A DNA stretch of 62,618 nt, the filler included, from Ionaspis alba (Eukaryota), in the NCBI GenBank assembly GCA_964255285.1. It is 3 parts of 3 records of this genome, joined end to end, with 100 filler letters (N's around TTAATTAATTAA, not from the genome) between each part and the next. Parts side by side here need not be neighbours in the genome. Positions count along the whole stretch, not along the records: positions 1 to 20,816 come from CAXUUL010000237.1; positions 20,917 to 41,730 come from CAXUUL010000238.1; 1 more part is not named here. The stretch is one strand, 5' to 3'. Position numbers and translations under genes: made by a program. Positions 11,213 through 22,492 of this stretch are shown here, piece by piece. Within the stretch, counting starts at the first letter, position 1. The number at the start of each line of letters is the position of its first letter. The notes beneath the pieces are model-generated. The model saw only the letters and a list, made by a program, of their open reading frames with translations, was not told where the DNA came from and made no database searches.

Positions 11213-13348
11213 TCAATAACCAGCTCTCTCATCATCTATAGGAATCAAAGGACCATCCAAATTAGACACGCAAGCCTGCTTCCAATTTTTCGGAGTGAAC
11301 TTGTCAGCAATGCTCTTGAAAGCCTCCTGTAATAAGTTTAGTAGGTGTAGATATTGAACCACAAGCGTCACATACCAATGTACAGAAGCTCTGATCTCCA
11401 TCTAAATGATTACCTGGGAGCTTGCATCCTGGAATTGTCATCGGACGGTCGTTGTACCGTATACGCACGTAGTAACCGTCAAACCTCTTCCTTTCGTCCG
11501 CACTAAGCTCACTCATCGTCTTCCTTGTCATACTTGCGGTCGTCGAAGGACCAGACTTCGCAGCGCCGAACCAGGATGACCAGAAGCCTGGAAATCTGCC
11601 CGTTGCCTCTTTGACCTGTATTCCTCCATTTGAGGCCGGAAGCTGCGAGCCCGGCTCTTTGCTTCCCAATGCAGTCTTCCTGAACAGTTCCAAAGCAATA
11701 GATGATGTGTATGGCGGCCATTTCTCGTTCTCGAAGGCGCCAAAGCTCGTCAAGATAGCTGCCAGAGTGGTATCATGACACCCGCTCAAAGCGAACTTGA
11801 TTCTCTTCTCGCCAGACCTGCCTTCCGCGACGCCTCCAACCTGATTACCTGTTTCAAAGATCCCGTTCTTACCATTTCCTTCCACATTACTCACCATACG
11901 GGAGACAATATCCCCAACAAGGCTACCAATCCCTACCGTACGATATTCTGCGCTCTCTCGATATCCGGAGAACCACTCCTCGACTCCAATTTGTTCAATA
12001 ATCGCTCGACCTCTGGTATCATAGAATTCTGAAGGAAGTCGAGTTTGGGGCCCATGTGCGAGTGTAGAATTGATCGTGTCCATGATTCCCGAGAGACGAG
12101 GGTGCGAATCAACTGCCACTCTTGGCGAGTCGAGGGGCATCCATTTGGATATAAGCTTGTTGAGATAGTCCATTTCGGACGTTTCGTTCCCTTACCAAGT
12201 TAGGAATGCAAGATCAATGGTTCTCGTGTTCGATCGAGCCGCCAGGTGCCAGACTCACATCGATCTGCTGTGCGTTGAGCGAAGGCTCTACTCAACTGGT
12301 TGAATCTTCTACAATTGCTGTCGTTCGGGAACAGTGTTTCATCTGCAGGTGCTCTAGTGATAATGGTCGGAGGAGGGAATGAGGACGTTCGTGCTGTACT
12401 AGGATAGAAGCCCCAGAAGCACTGCTGTAGTGATTCGAGAGCTCTGGAAAGAGGTGTCGCTCGAAGGTAGATCATATCCGCATCTCCAATCAATTCAGGC
12501 ATAAATCCTAGCTGTTTTACGTACAGATGACGAAGACGTTGTCCCAGGGCTAGAGTTGTCTGTCGTCCTTCATTTGTCAATTCCCCAAGCTGGCTATGGA
12601 CAATGTCAGAAGATATCCAACCGTAAAACGCAGCTCAGCTTTACCAGACTCCATCGATCTCTCCTTTTGGGCCAGCAGCAATGACTGGATCGCCGTCATC
12701 TCCGAAGGTCTCAAGCCGTCGCCGCCACTGCAGGTCACTCCATGAGGATGCATCTCGATCTGTCAGCGTAACACTTGATATCCTTTTGGCGGCGTTGCAA
12801 TATGGCCAGTCTCAGCACTTCGGTCAGCATTTGGTAGAAGTAGTGAGATACCGGGAATCATACAAGGAGCAAGGCCAGCCTTTCTCAAACGTCAGCCTCG
12901 TGTAATTTTGAGTTATAGATAGTAACAGATCCCGAGCAGAGGGCATAGACTCACATTCTGGAATCGAGGAGAAACTGGGGTCCTTTCGCCTAGGATAATA
13001 TTAAGATGCATTCAGGGTCGAGGGTGTCCTCTCGTCCATACGTACCATGCCGTAGCAGCTATTGTTTTTCAACTGTCAGTGACGGTTTGTTTCAGCAATC
13101 AATCGCACTTCGTGATTTTGAGCTTGAAAGCGTCGAAAACATCAAAGATATCAAATATATAGACATCTCTAGATGGTCTATTCCGGTTACGAAGGTATGT
13201 TCGGTCTCGATGCTACCGTTGCGATGAAATTAATCAAAATGAACGGCGTTTTACTGACAATCTGCACTAATTGAAGCTTTAGGCCATCAGGATACAGTCT
13301 CTTCAATTCTTCCGACGTGTATGGGTCCCGAGGCACGAGTGTAGTCAT
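11213..13348 (-). CDS. Histidine acid phosphatase (clade 2, ACP6-like), multi-exon
   Basis: MTTLVPRDPY...LQLVQI|LLRHG|ERTP reconstructed across introns; GQLTNEG, RATPLSRALESLQ, SGCHDTT, YVRIRYND. Confidence 0.9.
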
Positions 13349-13622
13349 TGGAAACGAATTCTTCCTCGGAAAACCACGTCCATGAAGTGATTGTCAAAAA
13401 TGAAGCAATACTGATGCAGGCTCGTTCAGGGACCACTACCACCATGCACACCATGCCCGCCTGTTGGACGACCGTTGCCAAGGCTGGGCCTCGAAGGCGG
13501 AAGGTTTCCGCAGCCGATTTAGCGAGTTTTAGCACTGGAGGAGCTTTGGTATCACCAGTTTGTTGCTCAAACGTTCAACTTGTGTCTTTGCAGAAGTCGA
13601 GCCAGTTGTCTTGGAGGCCCGG

Positions 13623-14821
13623 ATGAGTGCACCCTTCGTCTGCCGTTGCTGTCGACAGCGAATCCAGGCACAACGATCAAGAATTGGAGTTGATGGCCAC
13701 CGACAGCGGCGTGGGTTCATCTCTCTCTATGCACCCACAAACCCTGGAGCTACAGAAAACCTGGGAACGGGAACGGAGAGCGTTAACTCTGCCAAGAAGT
13801 CAAGAGGAGGAACCTACAATGGAAGCTCTGAGGCGAAAGTCGTAGACGGTCCACAGCAGGCACATTCCTCAAGTAGCCCCAACGATCTGCTGCAAACTTT
13901 GTTTAATTCTGAACGACGTGACAAGCCTAAGATACCAACCAAATCGCGGTACTCGAACACCATCAATGCTTCGACTGTCAAGGCCACAAGCTATCCTGAA
14001 ATGCCTCGCAGCGAACTAGAGGCAAATGGATGTTCTGTGTCTGGTGCTACTCTGATGGAGCATGGATGGGAAAAGCTCAGTCATGCCGGCGTCAATAATT
14101 TGTCAAACGAGATCCCTCGTTGGCCAAGATCTAAATCGAGCGTTTCTTCAAGTACCTTGCCAGTCAGCGCGGATACCCAGAATCTAAGGCAAGACCAGCC
14201 ACTCGACAACATTAGGTCAACAACGTTGGTAACGAAAATACGCCAGGCAATACGAGCCTCCGATCGTGATATGGTCAACCAGCTCTGGACTCGCCAGCTT
14301 CGAAGGATGTCAGAACCTTTAGTCCGGCAAGACTCCCATCTGCAGGTTCAGCTGTTTGCCGAATTTCTTAGAGCTTTCTTTGCTGTTGGTAGTCCCGATC
14401 GTGCCATCGAGGTTTGGAACACGATGATCAAAACCGGTGAAAAGCCAACCGTGCAACACTGGGTTGCGATGCTCGAAGGCTGTAGGAAATCTAGGGATCT
14501 ACCATCCTTACTATCGATATGGCAAAGAATGAAAGTGTCCAACGTGCAACTCAACAACTATGCTTTCACTGTATACCTTGGAGGTCTTCTCCACGCTAGA
14601 GAATGGCAAACAGCTCTCNNNNNNNNNNNNNNNNNNNNNNNNNNNNNNNNNNNNNNNNNNNNNNNNNNNNNNNNNNNNNNNNNNNNNNNNNNNNNNNNNN
14701 NNNNNNNNNNNNNNNNNNGGAAGTGTTGAGGTCCAGGGGAATTGATCTGCCTGGTCCTGAGAAGATAAAGGACGTGGTGGATGAACCTCGACCTATGCGT
14801 CAGATGGATGCGGAAGTCTGA
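13623..14821 (+). CDS. Pentatricopeptide-repeat (PPR) protein, probably mitochondrial; interrupted by gap 14619-14718
   Basis: Arg-rich N-terminus; PPR-like units DRAIEVWNTMIKTGEKPTVQHWVAMLEGC and SIWQRMKVSNVQLNNYAFTVYLGGL. The post-gap C-terminus is tentative. Confidence 0.78.
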
Positions 14822-14989
14822 TTTGCAATCTGATCTCTATATAGCCACTTTATGGCTACTTAGACAATCACTCGATTTTGTATTGGAGAGTTCGAGCATC
14901 ATCATATTGGTTCATTTGAGCTAGCGTTTAGAACACTCTTGTGCTCCTTGTTATCTACACAGAAGCAAGCTACTTCCTTCTTCATCTTT

Positions 14990-15682
14990 TCAATAGAAGA
15001 ACCCGATGATCTTGCCCGCAACGTGCTTCCGTCTCGCCTCCTCATGATCCATGATTCCGGCCGATGTGGTAAGAACAATGTAACCGAATTGACGCGAAGG
15101 AAGTAGCTTAACGACCCATTTCTCAAAATCGGCAATGCGGACGTTATAGCGAGGGGAAATGACACCAGTCTTGTTTAACCTTGTGAAGAATGAGCCAAGA
15201 ATTCTGGTGGGAGTTGAGGTAAGGTCCATGAGCTTACCGGCCGTTGAGCTGAATGACGATCTTGCCGGATCGGTGGTCGTCGACTTCTTCAAATTCACCG
15301 ATGTAGCCTAGAAAAGATCAGGTCAGCTTTGTCGCGATCGATTAAACGTTGATCGTCAGAAATGTGTCAGAAAACGTGTAAGATCTTCGCCAAAAGGGCT
15401 TGATATGCCGGGAACTTAAAGGGCAAAGGTCGTGGAGTGGAGATGATGATTGAGACCATTGCCTAGTTATCATCCCGAAAGTCGTGGATCGGTGCGGTAG
15501 TGTTGCCAAATGTGTGCCTTGACAAAGCCATCGAACCCTCCGAACATACCATGTCTTTGCATGACGCTCAAGAACTTGACGATGACCTTCGAACTCGGTC
15601 TGATGAGAACTTGGCGCTTTCCGGCTTTCTCGGCGTTGTTGATGGCGTTGAGCGCATCGTTTAGGACGCTGGTTTTGACCAT
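14990..15682 (-). CDS. RPS22: 40S ribosomal protein S22 (uS8/S15a); exons 15682-15550, 15307-15238, 15179-14990
   Basis: [34 protein letters not shown]...[37 protein letters not shown]...GKIIGFFY. Confidence 0.98.
15327..15478 (-). ncRNA. snR44: Intronic box H/ACA snoRNA, snR44-like (predicted guide for 18S Psi106 and 25S Psi1056, yeast numbering)
   Basis: Two hairpins in RPS22 intron 15308-15549. Pocket 1 is GAUAACU/UUUAA, with H box AUAUCA 14 nt from the start of the 3' guide strand. Pocket 2 is CUUACA/UUUAA, with ACA+3 nt at the same 14-nt spacing. Yeast snR44 is hosted in an RPS22B intron. Confidence 0.85.
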
Positions 15683-15729
15683 GTTGTTGTGGTATGAGAT
15701 TCTCAACTCGTGCGCGCGAGGTGAGGTAT

Positions 15730-15946
15730 CTGCATTGTAGGGAAGAGAGACTTGTCAGCCATCAGGAGTCTTGAGCGCAGAGAGTGCCCTTTGAAGAGGG
15801 TTCAATGGCCCATGTCGGAAGTGAAGAAGCGTATCGTGCTGGTCCTGTCAAACCTCATTCAAGCAAGGCCATGACAAGCGACAGCACGATTGCTCCTCCA
15901 AGACTCTCTGAAGTACGGCACATCGACTCGGAAATGGTCAACATAC
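15730..15946 (-). promoter_or_regulatory. 5'-UTR intron of RPS22 with extensive secondary structure
   Basis: GTATGT donor at 15946 (alternative GTAAGC at 15969), GCTGAC branch at 15754-15759, CAG acceptor at 15730; inverted repeats 15833-15841/15882-15890 and 15766-15773/15899-15906. Confidence 0.7.
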
Positions 15947-16202
15947 CTCGTTCTTGTTGTCGTGCTTACCGCAATAGAGATTCGTAATGAGACGATCTAA
16001 TTTTGCTTCAAGATGTTCATTTAGTTTCGTGGAGACGCTAGTGAGCTAGAGGCTTGGCGCTATCCCTGCAGGGATCTTATCCGACGATATGAATAGCGTC
16101 ATCGGTACTGCTCGTGTTATGTTCGAGTCCAATATCTGTTTCTAGGATCATAGAGGATATACGATCTTGGACCCCCACTTTTCTCGTTTACCTAAATCTA
16201 TC

Positions 16203-17262
16203 ATGATACAGGAGGCATGCTGCACTTGTGCAGCTCTCCTCTCTACCATCTCTCCTGAGTACGACTCGAAAACAGAGAAACCAGTGGCGCAAGACCGCCG
16301 ACTAGATTGTTGTGGAAGAGTAATATGCGGGAGCTGTATAGCCGTCAGTGAACGCTTTTCAAGCTTCGAACAATTCTAATGCCAAATTTAGAAGAATACT
16401 CGTTTTGCTACATACTGTAAAGTTCACCTATTGGAAGCTCAGTCGCGACGATGCAATAGGCTAAAATAATGGGTTCACAAGGTCCCTTCTGTCAGATATC
16501 CACAGCTCCTTCTCCTCTTCCACAAGGCCTGCGCGATCCACCGGCCTACTCTCCTCCGCCGTCTCCCCGCCCTGCTCACGCGACCCTTGCCCAACCTTCC
16601 GACACCGATTTGCCACCTTACTGCTCGCTACCTCCTCCCCTCTCAAGGCCAACGGACAACAAGACTTCAACTCTTACACATGCCTCTGAGCAGCCGGCGC
16701 CAGATGTTCTTCACTTCCTCACCTCTAGCGACACCCTTCAGTCATTGTCCTTAGCCTATACAACGCCCGTACCTGTTCTACGGAGAACGAACAATCTTTT
16801 CTCGGACCACTTGCTTGCTGCGAGACGGACCATATTGATACCCGGAGAATATTATAAAGGGGGCATGAGTTTGTCTCCACGGCCCGTGGAGGGGGAAGAG
16901 GAGGAAGCGAAGAGGAGCAAGGTGCGGAGATGGATGGTTGGATGCAAAGTCGCTGAGTATGTTGATTCCTGACATGCGTTTCCCGAGGCTATGTTTTTCC
17001 GTCGTCTCACGAGACGAATTCTATACGTGAAGTAAACAATGACGCTGATCATTGGAGTTTCTCGCCACATTGCAGATATGACATCGCGCTTTTGTACCTT
17101 CAGCAAGCAGATTATGATCTCGACGCTGCGATCGAAGCATACAAGGCGGACGAGAAGTGGGAGAAAGAGCATCCGATGAATAGCAACGTGAAAGGGAAGG
17201 CTCCTCAAAATACCGGCAGGCGAAGATTTGGCGGGATTGGAATTACGGGCCAATTGAATTGA
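16203..17262 (+). CDS. RING-like zinc finger + LysM + UBA-like protein; exons 16203-16343, 16392-16416, 16482-16956, 17076-17262
   Basis: CCTC...CCGRVICGSC...YCPFC; LysM-like HFLTSSDTLQSLSLAYTTPVPVLRRTNNL...RRTILIP; C-terminal YDIALLYLQQADYDLDAAIEAY. Confidence 0.85.
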
Positions 17263-17488
17263 CGGGTAAGACTAGACGATAAAACGTACGATGCATGTAT
17301 GTATAGGAGTTCTTCAGACATGTTGTAGAATAGCATCATCAAAGCAATATATAAAATCTAGAAACAGCCATACCATTACAACTGCTCGAAAGTACACTCG
17401 GAAGAAACGCAAGGCAAATCCTCTTATCAAATCACAGCTGGCGAGAAAGTCAAATGCGATCGGATCGCTTCACCATAAATCAAGGTGC

Positions 17489-20007
17489 TCAATAATAAAC
17501 GTTCTTGACTCTCCTCCTTACCTCCTCTGGCACCTCCACGCCCAAGACCCCTAATCTAAGCACATCTCCCCAGAAGAACAGCGCCCGATCCTGGGCATAC
17601 GCCAGGTAGTCAAACTCCTCCTCTTGATCCTCTTCTTGATCTAGGACTTGCCCTTGGGACAGCGCTTCTGCTGTCAAACCCTCAGGTCTCTTGTCGTGCG
17701 CACTATCCGCCGCAAGTTGCATTTCAGCAGACAGTGGATCCGATCCTGCCAGCACCGCCGGACGAGGTCCAGGAGTGTTGTCTTCGTCCTGCTTGGTCGG
17801 AGTCGTGGACTCGGAATTCATCTTGCCATCCTCCACACTATCGAGCTTTGCTTGCACAACGCCCCATGCGACCCATTGAGCAGAATTGACGACGCGCCAA
17901 AGACGGGTTTCGTGTGTCAGGCGTTGGACCTCCTTTTCGACTTGCTCTTCGCGCTTCTTTTCTTCCTCCGCGTAGCTGGATGGCGGAGCGCGGCTGTCAA
18001 GCATGAACGAGGAAACGGAGGATGAAGGACCAGGACTGGGCGCTGTGCCTGGGGTCGCGGACGCGCGGGGATGATATTGCGGCCGGTGCTGGACGTAAGC
18101 TTTTATGAAGCGGTATTGTTCGCTGGGCGTTGGGTATATGGAAGTATTGCAGGCCCAAGACTTGTCGGGGTCGTGGTAGTTGTAACACCATTCCGTCTGG
18201 AGATGTGACTAGTTAGGAGAGGTCTATAGCGAGGAAGTGGTCAAACTTACGAAGTGGTTGGCAAATTCAAGACCTGGTACATTGGCAGAAGCGTACTCGA
18301 AGTCAATGACTACCAGCTGCTTGTGCTCGTTTGCAGGGATGAGCAGAGGAGACTCTCCACTGGGCTCAAGGCGGAGCAAGTTTCCGTATTGTGTCTAGCA
18401 GATTCAGTAAGGTACCAGCTAGCAGTAGGGAAGGAAAGACTTACATCGTTATGGGCGAAGACGAGTTGCGATTTAACACCTTCTCCGCCGCCATACTGCT
18501 CATTCAGCCATCGACGATATTGATCGACAGTTTTTCTGAAAACAGACCATTCCACACCGCAGACAAGATCTCTCCTCTTGTACACTTCACTTCGAGGTCT
18601 TTTGGACTTCTCCTCGTTCGACTGGATCCGTTGATCGACGAGTTGAATGACTTCTTCGCATCGATCGACCCACTTGTCCCAATTTTTCCACACGAAGGGG
18701 CCGCCAATGCGTTCTTCTTCCAAGAGCTCTATACCGTCGTGCAACTCTCGCATACGTTTTGCGATGTTCTTCGACGTCTCGGGAACGCGCAAATCAGGTG
18801 CTGTGAGGGTGCGAGCGTGGAAAAACTCCTCGAATCTTCCATTTATGAAAGTGCCAAGAAGGCGAGGCCCGATCCTCTTACGAGCCAATCTGCGCAGGAT
18901 CGATAATTCATTCTTACGATCAATGAGATGCTCCACTTGTGGTCCGTAGATACGCAGGAGAAGCTTGCTGGTAGTGGTCAGCAGGAGGAACTTAGGAGAA
19001 TTTTATTTTACTTACGGTGGTGGCTTCCTCGGTCCCAGGGACACAGAACTGCTTGCAACATTCGGAGTTGGTGGAGGGAGATCTTTTGGTGGTGATACGA
19101 CGTAGACCGCATTGGTCAAAGCACCACTCAATCGCTCTACATCAATATCTCCCCCTCGATCGAGAGGCACCCTTCTCCATCCCTTTAGCCTAAGGGTATG
19201 CGCTATCCTGACGATCTCACTTTTGAAGATTCGCCAGTCTTCTTTTTCTTTGGCTGCGCGCTTAGTCGACGAAGGTAGATCCACATCCGAAGCTCCTGCT
19301 CCACCGCTATAGCTCATTGTCTTGGAGTTGTCGAGGACGACATCTGTGTGGGGCACAATTGCATCACCATCTTGATAGTCCGTGTCCGACGAGCCCGCAG
19401 TAGACCCCTTCCTGAGCTTTCGAATTATGGAGCTCCTCCTTGGGAAATTGATCCCTTTGTGTTCTTTAGTCGGCGTTTGATCCGAGCCCTGCGTGACTTT
19501 TATATTGTCTGCAAGAATCTGCTCTAGCTTTTCCAACGCTAGATCACCATCTGAAGTTCCCGAAGAACGGCGTGCAGCTGAATGAAAGCTCTCACGCGAG
19601 TCGTTCCCATGCACATTTCCGACGGCAGATAATGGCTCACTGTGCTTTGCCTTGGACTTCGCTTTCCGAGAACGCTTAGATTTCTCTTCGTGTAGCCAGT
19701 CTAGCACTTGAGACACAAGGCGAGAAGAGGCCTCTCGATGACCGTGGCTGTGGTGACCATGCTCTTTTGGTTCCGAAGCCTCGGGCTCTGAGGTAAAATC
19801 TGATTTGTAACTGCTCTGACTGTTGAGAGACGATGTAGAAGCATTGATGTTTGGGCGACCAGTCATACGTTTGGCGACGCCAGCAGAGTATTGCTTCAAA
19901 CTCTGAGGGACTGATTTGTCTTGCCCTCCTGGTGCAGGTCTTAGCATTGGGGATATGCTTTCAGGCTCAGCAATAGTGACCGCTACGTTGTAAACACAGT
20001 AAGCCAA
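17489..20007 (-). CDS. CKI1: Choline/ethanolamine kinase, multi-exon; first exon upstream of about 19983 unresolved
   Basis: ERLSGALTNAVYVV, LLLRIYGPQV, GPRLLGTFINGRFEEF, FAHND|TQYGNLL, VIDFEYASAN, EFDYLAYAQDR. Confidence 0.92.
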
Positions 20008-20816
20008 CGTATATTAAACCCAGCTGATCTAGCTACACAACCTGGCGTGATTAAACATGACCGATAGATGAGTACGCAAACATGGGTCTGAACTACTAAT
20101 ATGAAGTACAAGGTCTAGCACAGTCATGTAATATTACAATCAGGCAACGACAACAAGCACTGAGGTGCCCATCAATGAGAAGAAAAGAATTTTCTATAGA
20201 AGGCACGCTCTCCTCAGATAAGTTCAAATGACCCCCAACTGCCTCGACCTCATGCTCTCGTGATGAACAAAAATTGGTCACCTACATTTACTACCCACCG
20301 ACCTTGGAGAGTCAGTCTGTCGCAACAGCGGTGAATCCTCCTGGCGTGACATCTGGGCTACCTTCTTCGAGCAGCTTTTGTGGCCTCTCCTGTGGTCGAG
20401 CTGCTGTCGAGAAGATGAAACGATTGGATTTAGATATCGAGAACAAAGCGGAAAGTAAACGTGGAGTTAATGTTGGAAGGCCAGAAGTGCAGTGAGAAAG
20501 ATTGTGGGTCCAGACTAACAGGTTTTCTTATCGAATCAACAAACCAGCGAAAGCGGGAGCGGGAAACCAATTTTCGATATCTAAACGAGCGCGCCAATAT
20601 CCCAGCCCCAAAGCCCTCAACGCGCGCTTCGGCCGTCTAAGCACCGTCATACCTGCCCCGCCAGTCAGGGAAGAGAAGGCTCGGGAAGCCAATCAAAAAG
20701 TTATACATCTCTTTCTCTATCCGATCCCCAGCCAATTGACCTGTCCAATTCTCTACAACCACCCAACATCAACCTAATACCCATCAATTCCCATCCCCAC
20801 CGGTCCTTCCAATATG

Positions 20817-20916
20817 NNNNNNNNNNNNNNNNNNNNNNNNNNNNNNNNNNNNNNNNNNNNTTAATTAATTAANNNNNNNNNNNNNNNNNNNNNNNNNNNN
20901 NNNNNNNNNNNNNNNN
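20817..20916. other. Assembly gap with artificial six-frame-stop linker TTAATTAATTAA (20861-20872)
   Basis: Linker centred in a 100-nt N block; identical to the one at 41775-41786. Confidence 0.95.
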
Positions 20917-21097
20917 CTGTCTGCGGTGCTACCTCTCCCTGTTTGGTATTCTGTTTATCTGTGAAGTTCCGATCAGCCAAACAGTGCTTTCTGGACGAGT
21001 GAATTGAGCGAGATTTGTATCCAGTGTCAGTTGGCATGATGCGAAACGCTGGCTTTTACTATTACTGAGCGATTGAATATTTGCTGCGTCATGGAAG

Positions 21098-22492
21098 ATG
21101 GAAGACCTCCGGCAAACGAGCTCATCCACTGGGGAGCCTGTGGAAGTTACGCTACTGATGAAAGAGGAATCGTTTTCATGGTACACTTCAGGAAAGTTCT
21201 ATGCAGTCCATATCGGGGATGTTTTTAAATCCAGATATCAAGTTCTTGGCACACTTGAATACGGGTCGGTTTCGACCGCATGGCTTTGCCGAGATCTTGA
21301 GTATGCTCGTCGACCACTACTCCCAAGAGCGCTGACGATCAAGACGCGTCAACTAGGAAGCACAAGTATGTGACTTTGAAGGTTTGTATGTGCGAGCATC
21401 GCCAGTCGCGCAACGAGTTGGATGTCCTGAGCCACCTGGCAAGAGTTGGGACGCGTCGTTCTGGTTCACATCTTGTTCGAACTGTGCTTAATAGCTTTCA
21501 GGTAGCTACAGAACATCATGTACATCAATGTCTCATCCTCCATCCTCTTGACCTGACTCTGTCTGACCTCGGAAGACTGTATGACGGCAAAGTACCTGAA
21601 GAAATAATGAAGGCCATATCGAATTACCTTCTACTGGCACTCGACTTCCTGCACACCGAAGCACGAGTGGTCCACACTGGTATGGTACACATAACGCCAG
21701 ACCTTTCATTTGTATTCTTAGTTCTTGAATAATCTAGATACACAGAGGGCCAATCTCATAAGGACAATTGAAGACGATTCGATACTGAAAGATTTCGAAG
21801 AGGAAGAACGGAGTGAACCTAGCCTTCGCAAAATGAACGGAGACAACATTATTTACGGGTCAAGAGCACTCGACTTACCCGAAGAACCAGGCTGTCCCAT
21901 TTTGTGCGATTTTGGTGTTGCACATTTTCGCTAGGAGAATTATGTTGGGGAAGTCATGCCTGACCTTCATCGAGCACCAGAAATTGTGCTTGGAATCCCC
22001 TGGAACGAGAAGATAGATATTTGGGCAGTAGGGTTAATGGTCATTTACGGTCTGACTGGCTACTGGTGTTCCTAACCGATTTACCAATTCTGATCGATCT
22101 GGGACTTGTTCGAGAGGAAGCACGTGTTCAATGAAAGACTTCCGAGTAGAGAAGCATCAAGTGCGGCACATCTGGCTGGAATGATTGCTCTACTAGACCC
22201 GCCCCCAACGTAGATACTCGACCATGGCACAGTTTCGGGCGACTTCTTCGACGAACGCGGTAACCTCCCCTACGTTGTCTTAGGTGTGATGGAGAAATCT
22301 TCATGAATTTCGGCAGTTTTCATACCAGCTATTGAGATCCCACCCACTTCCCTAGAAGAGGAGGAAAAGAACCTCGAAGGAGAGGAAAAGGCTATATCCC
22401 TGCGATTTCTACGGAAGATGTTGCAATGGTCGCCGGAGGACAGAGAATCAGCCAAAGAGCTCATGAAAGATCCGTGGCTGCAAATGGAGTGA
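21098..22492 (+). pseudogene. SRPK/Sky1-like (CMGC) protein kinase pseudogene
   Basis: YAVHIGDVFKSRYQVLGTLEYGSVSTAWLCRDL, LDFLHTEARVVHT|DTQRAN, CDFG, HRAPEIVLGIPWNEKIDIW. In-frame TAG at 21932 and 22211; one intron lacks an AG acceptor near 22096. Confidence 0.82.

Noticed and set aside
13059..13258. 200-nt phosphatase intron with small hairpins as a possible snoRNA host
   Set aside because: No correctly spaced H/ACA or C/D boxes and no recognisable rRNA guide.
19984..20290. Long putative choline kinase intron as a TPP riboswitch
   Set aside because: Core TPP aptamer motifs not found.
20861..20872. TTAATTAATTAA palindrome, also at 41775-41786
   Set aside because: Identical and centred in N blocks: a scaffolding linker, not biology.
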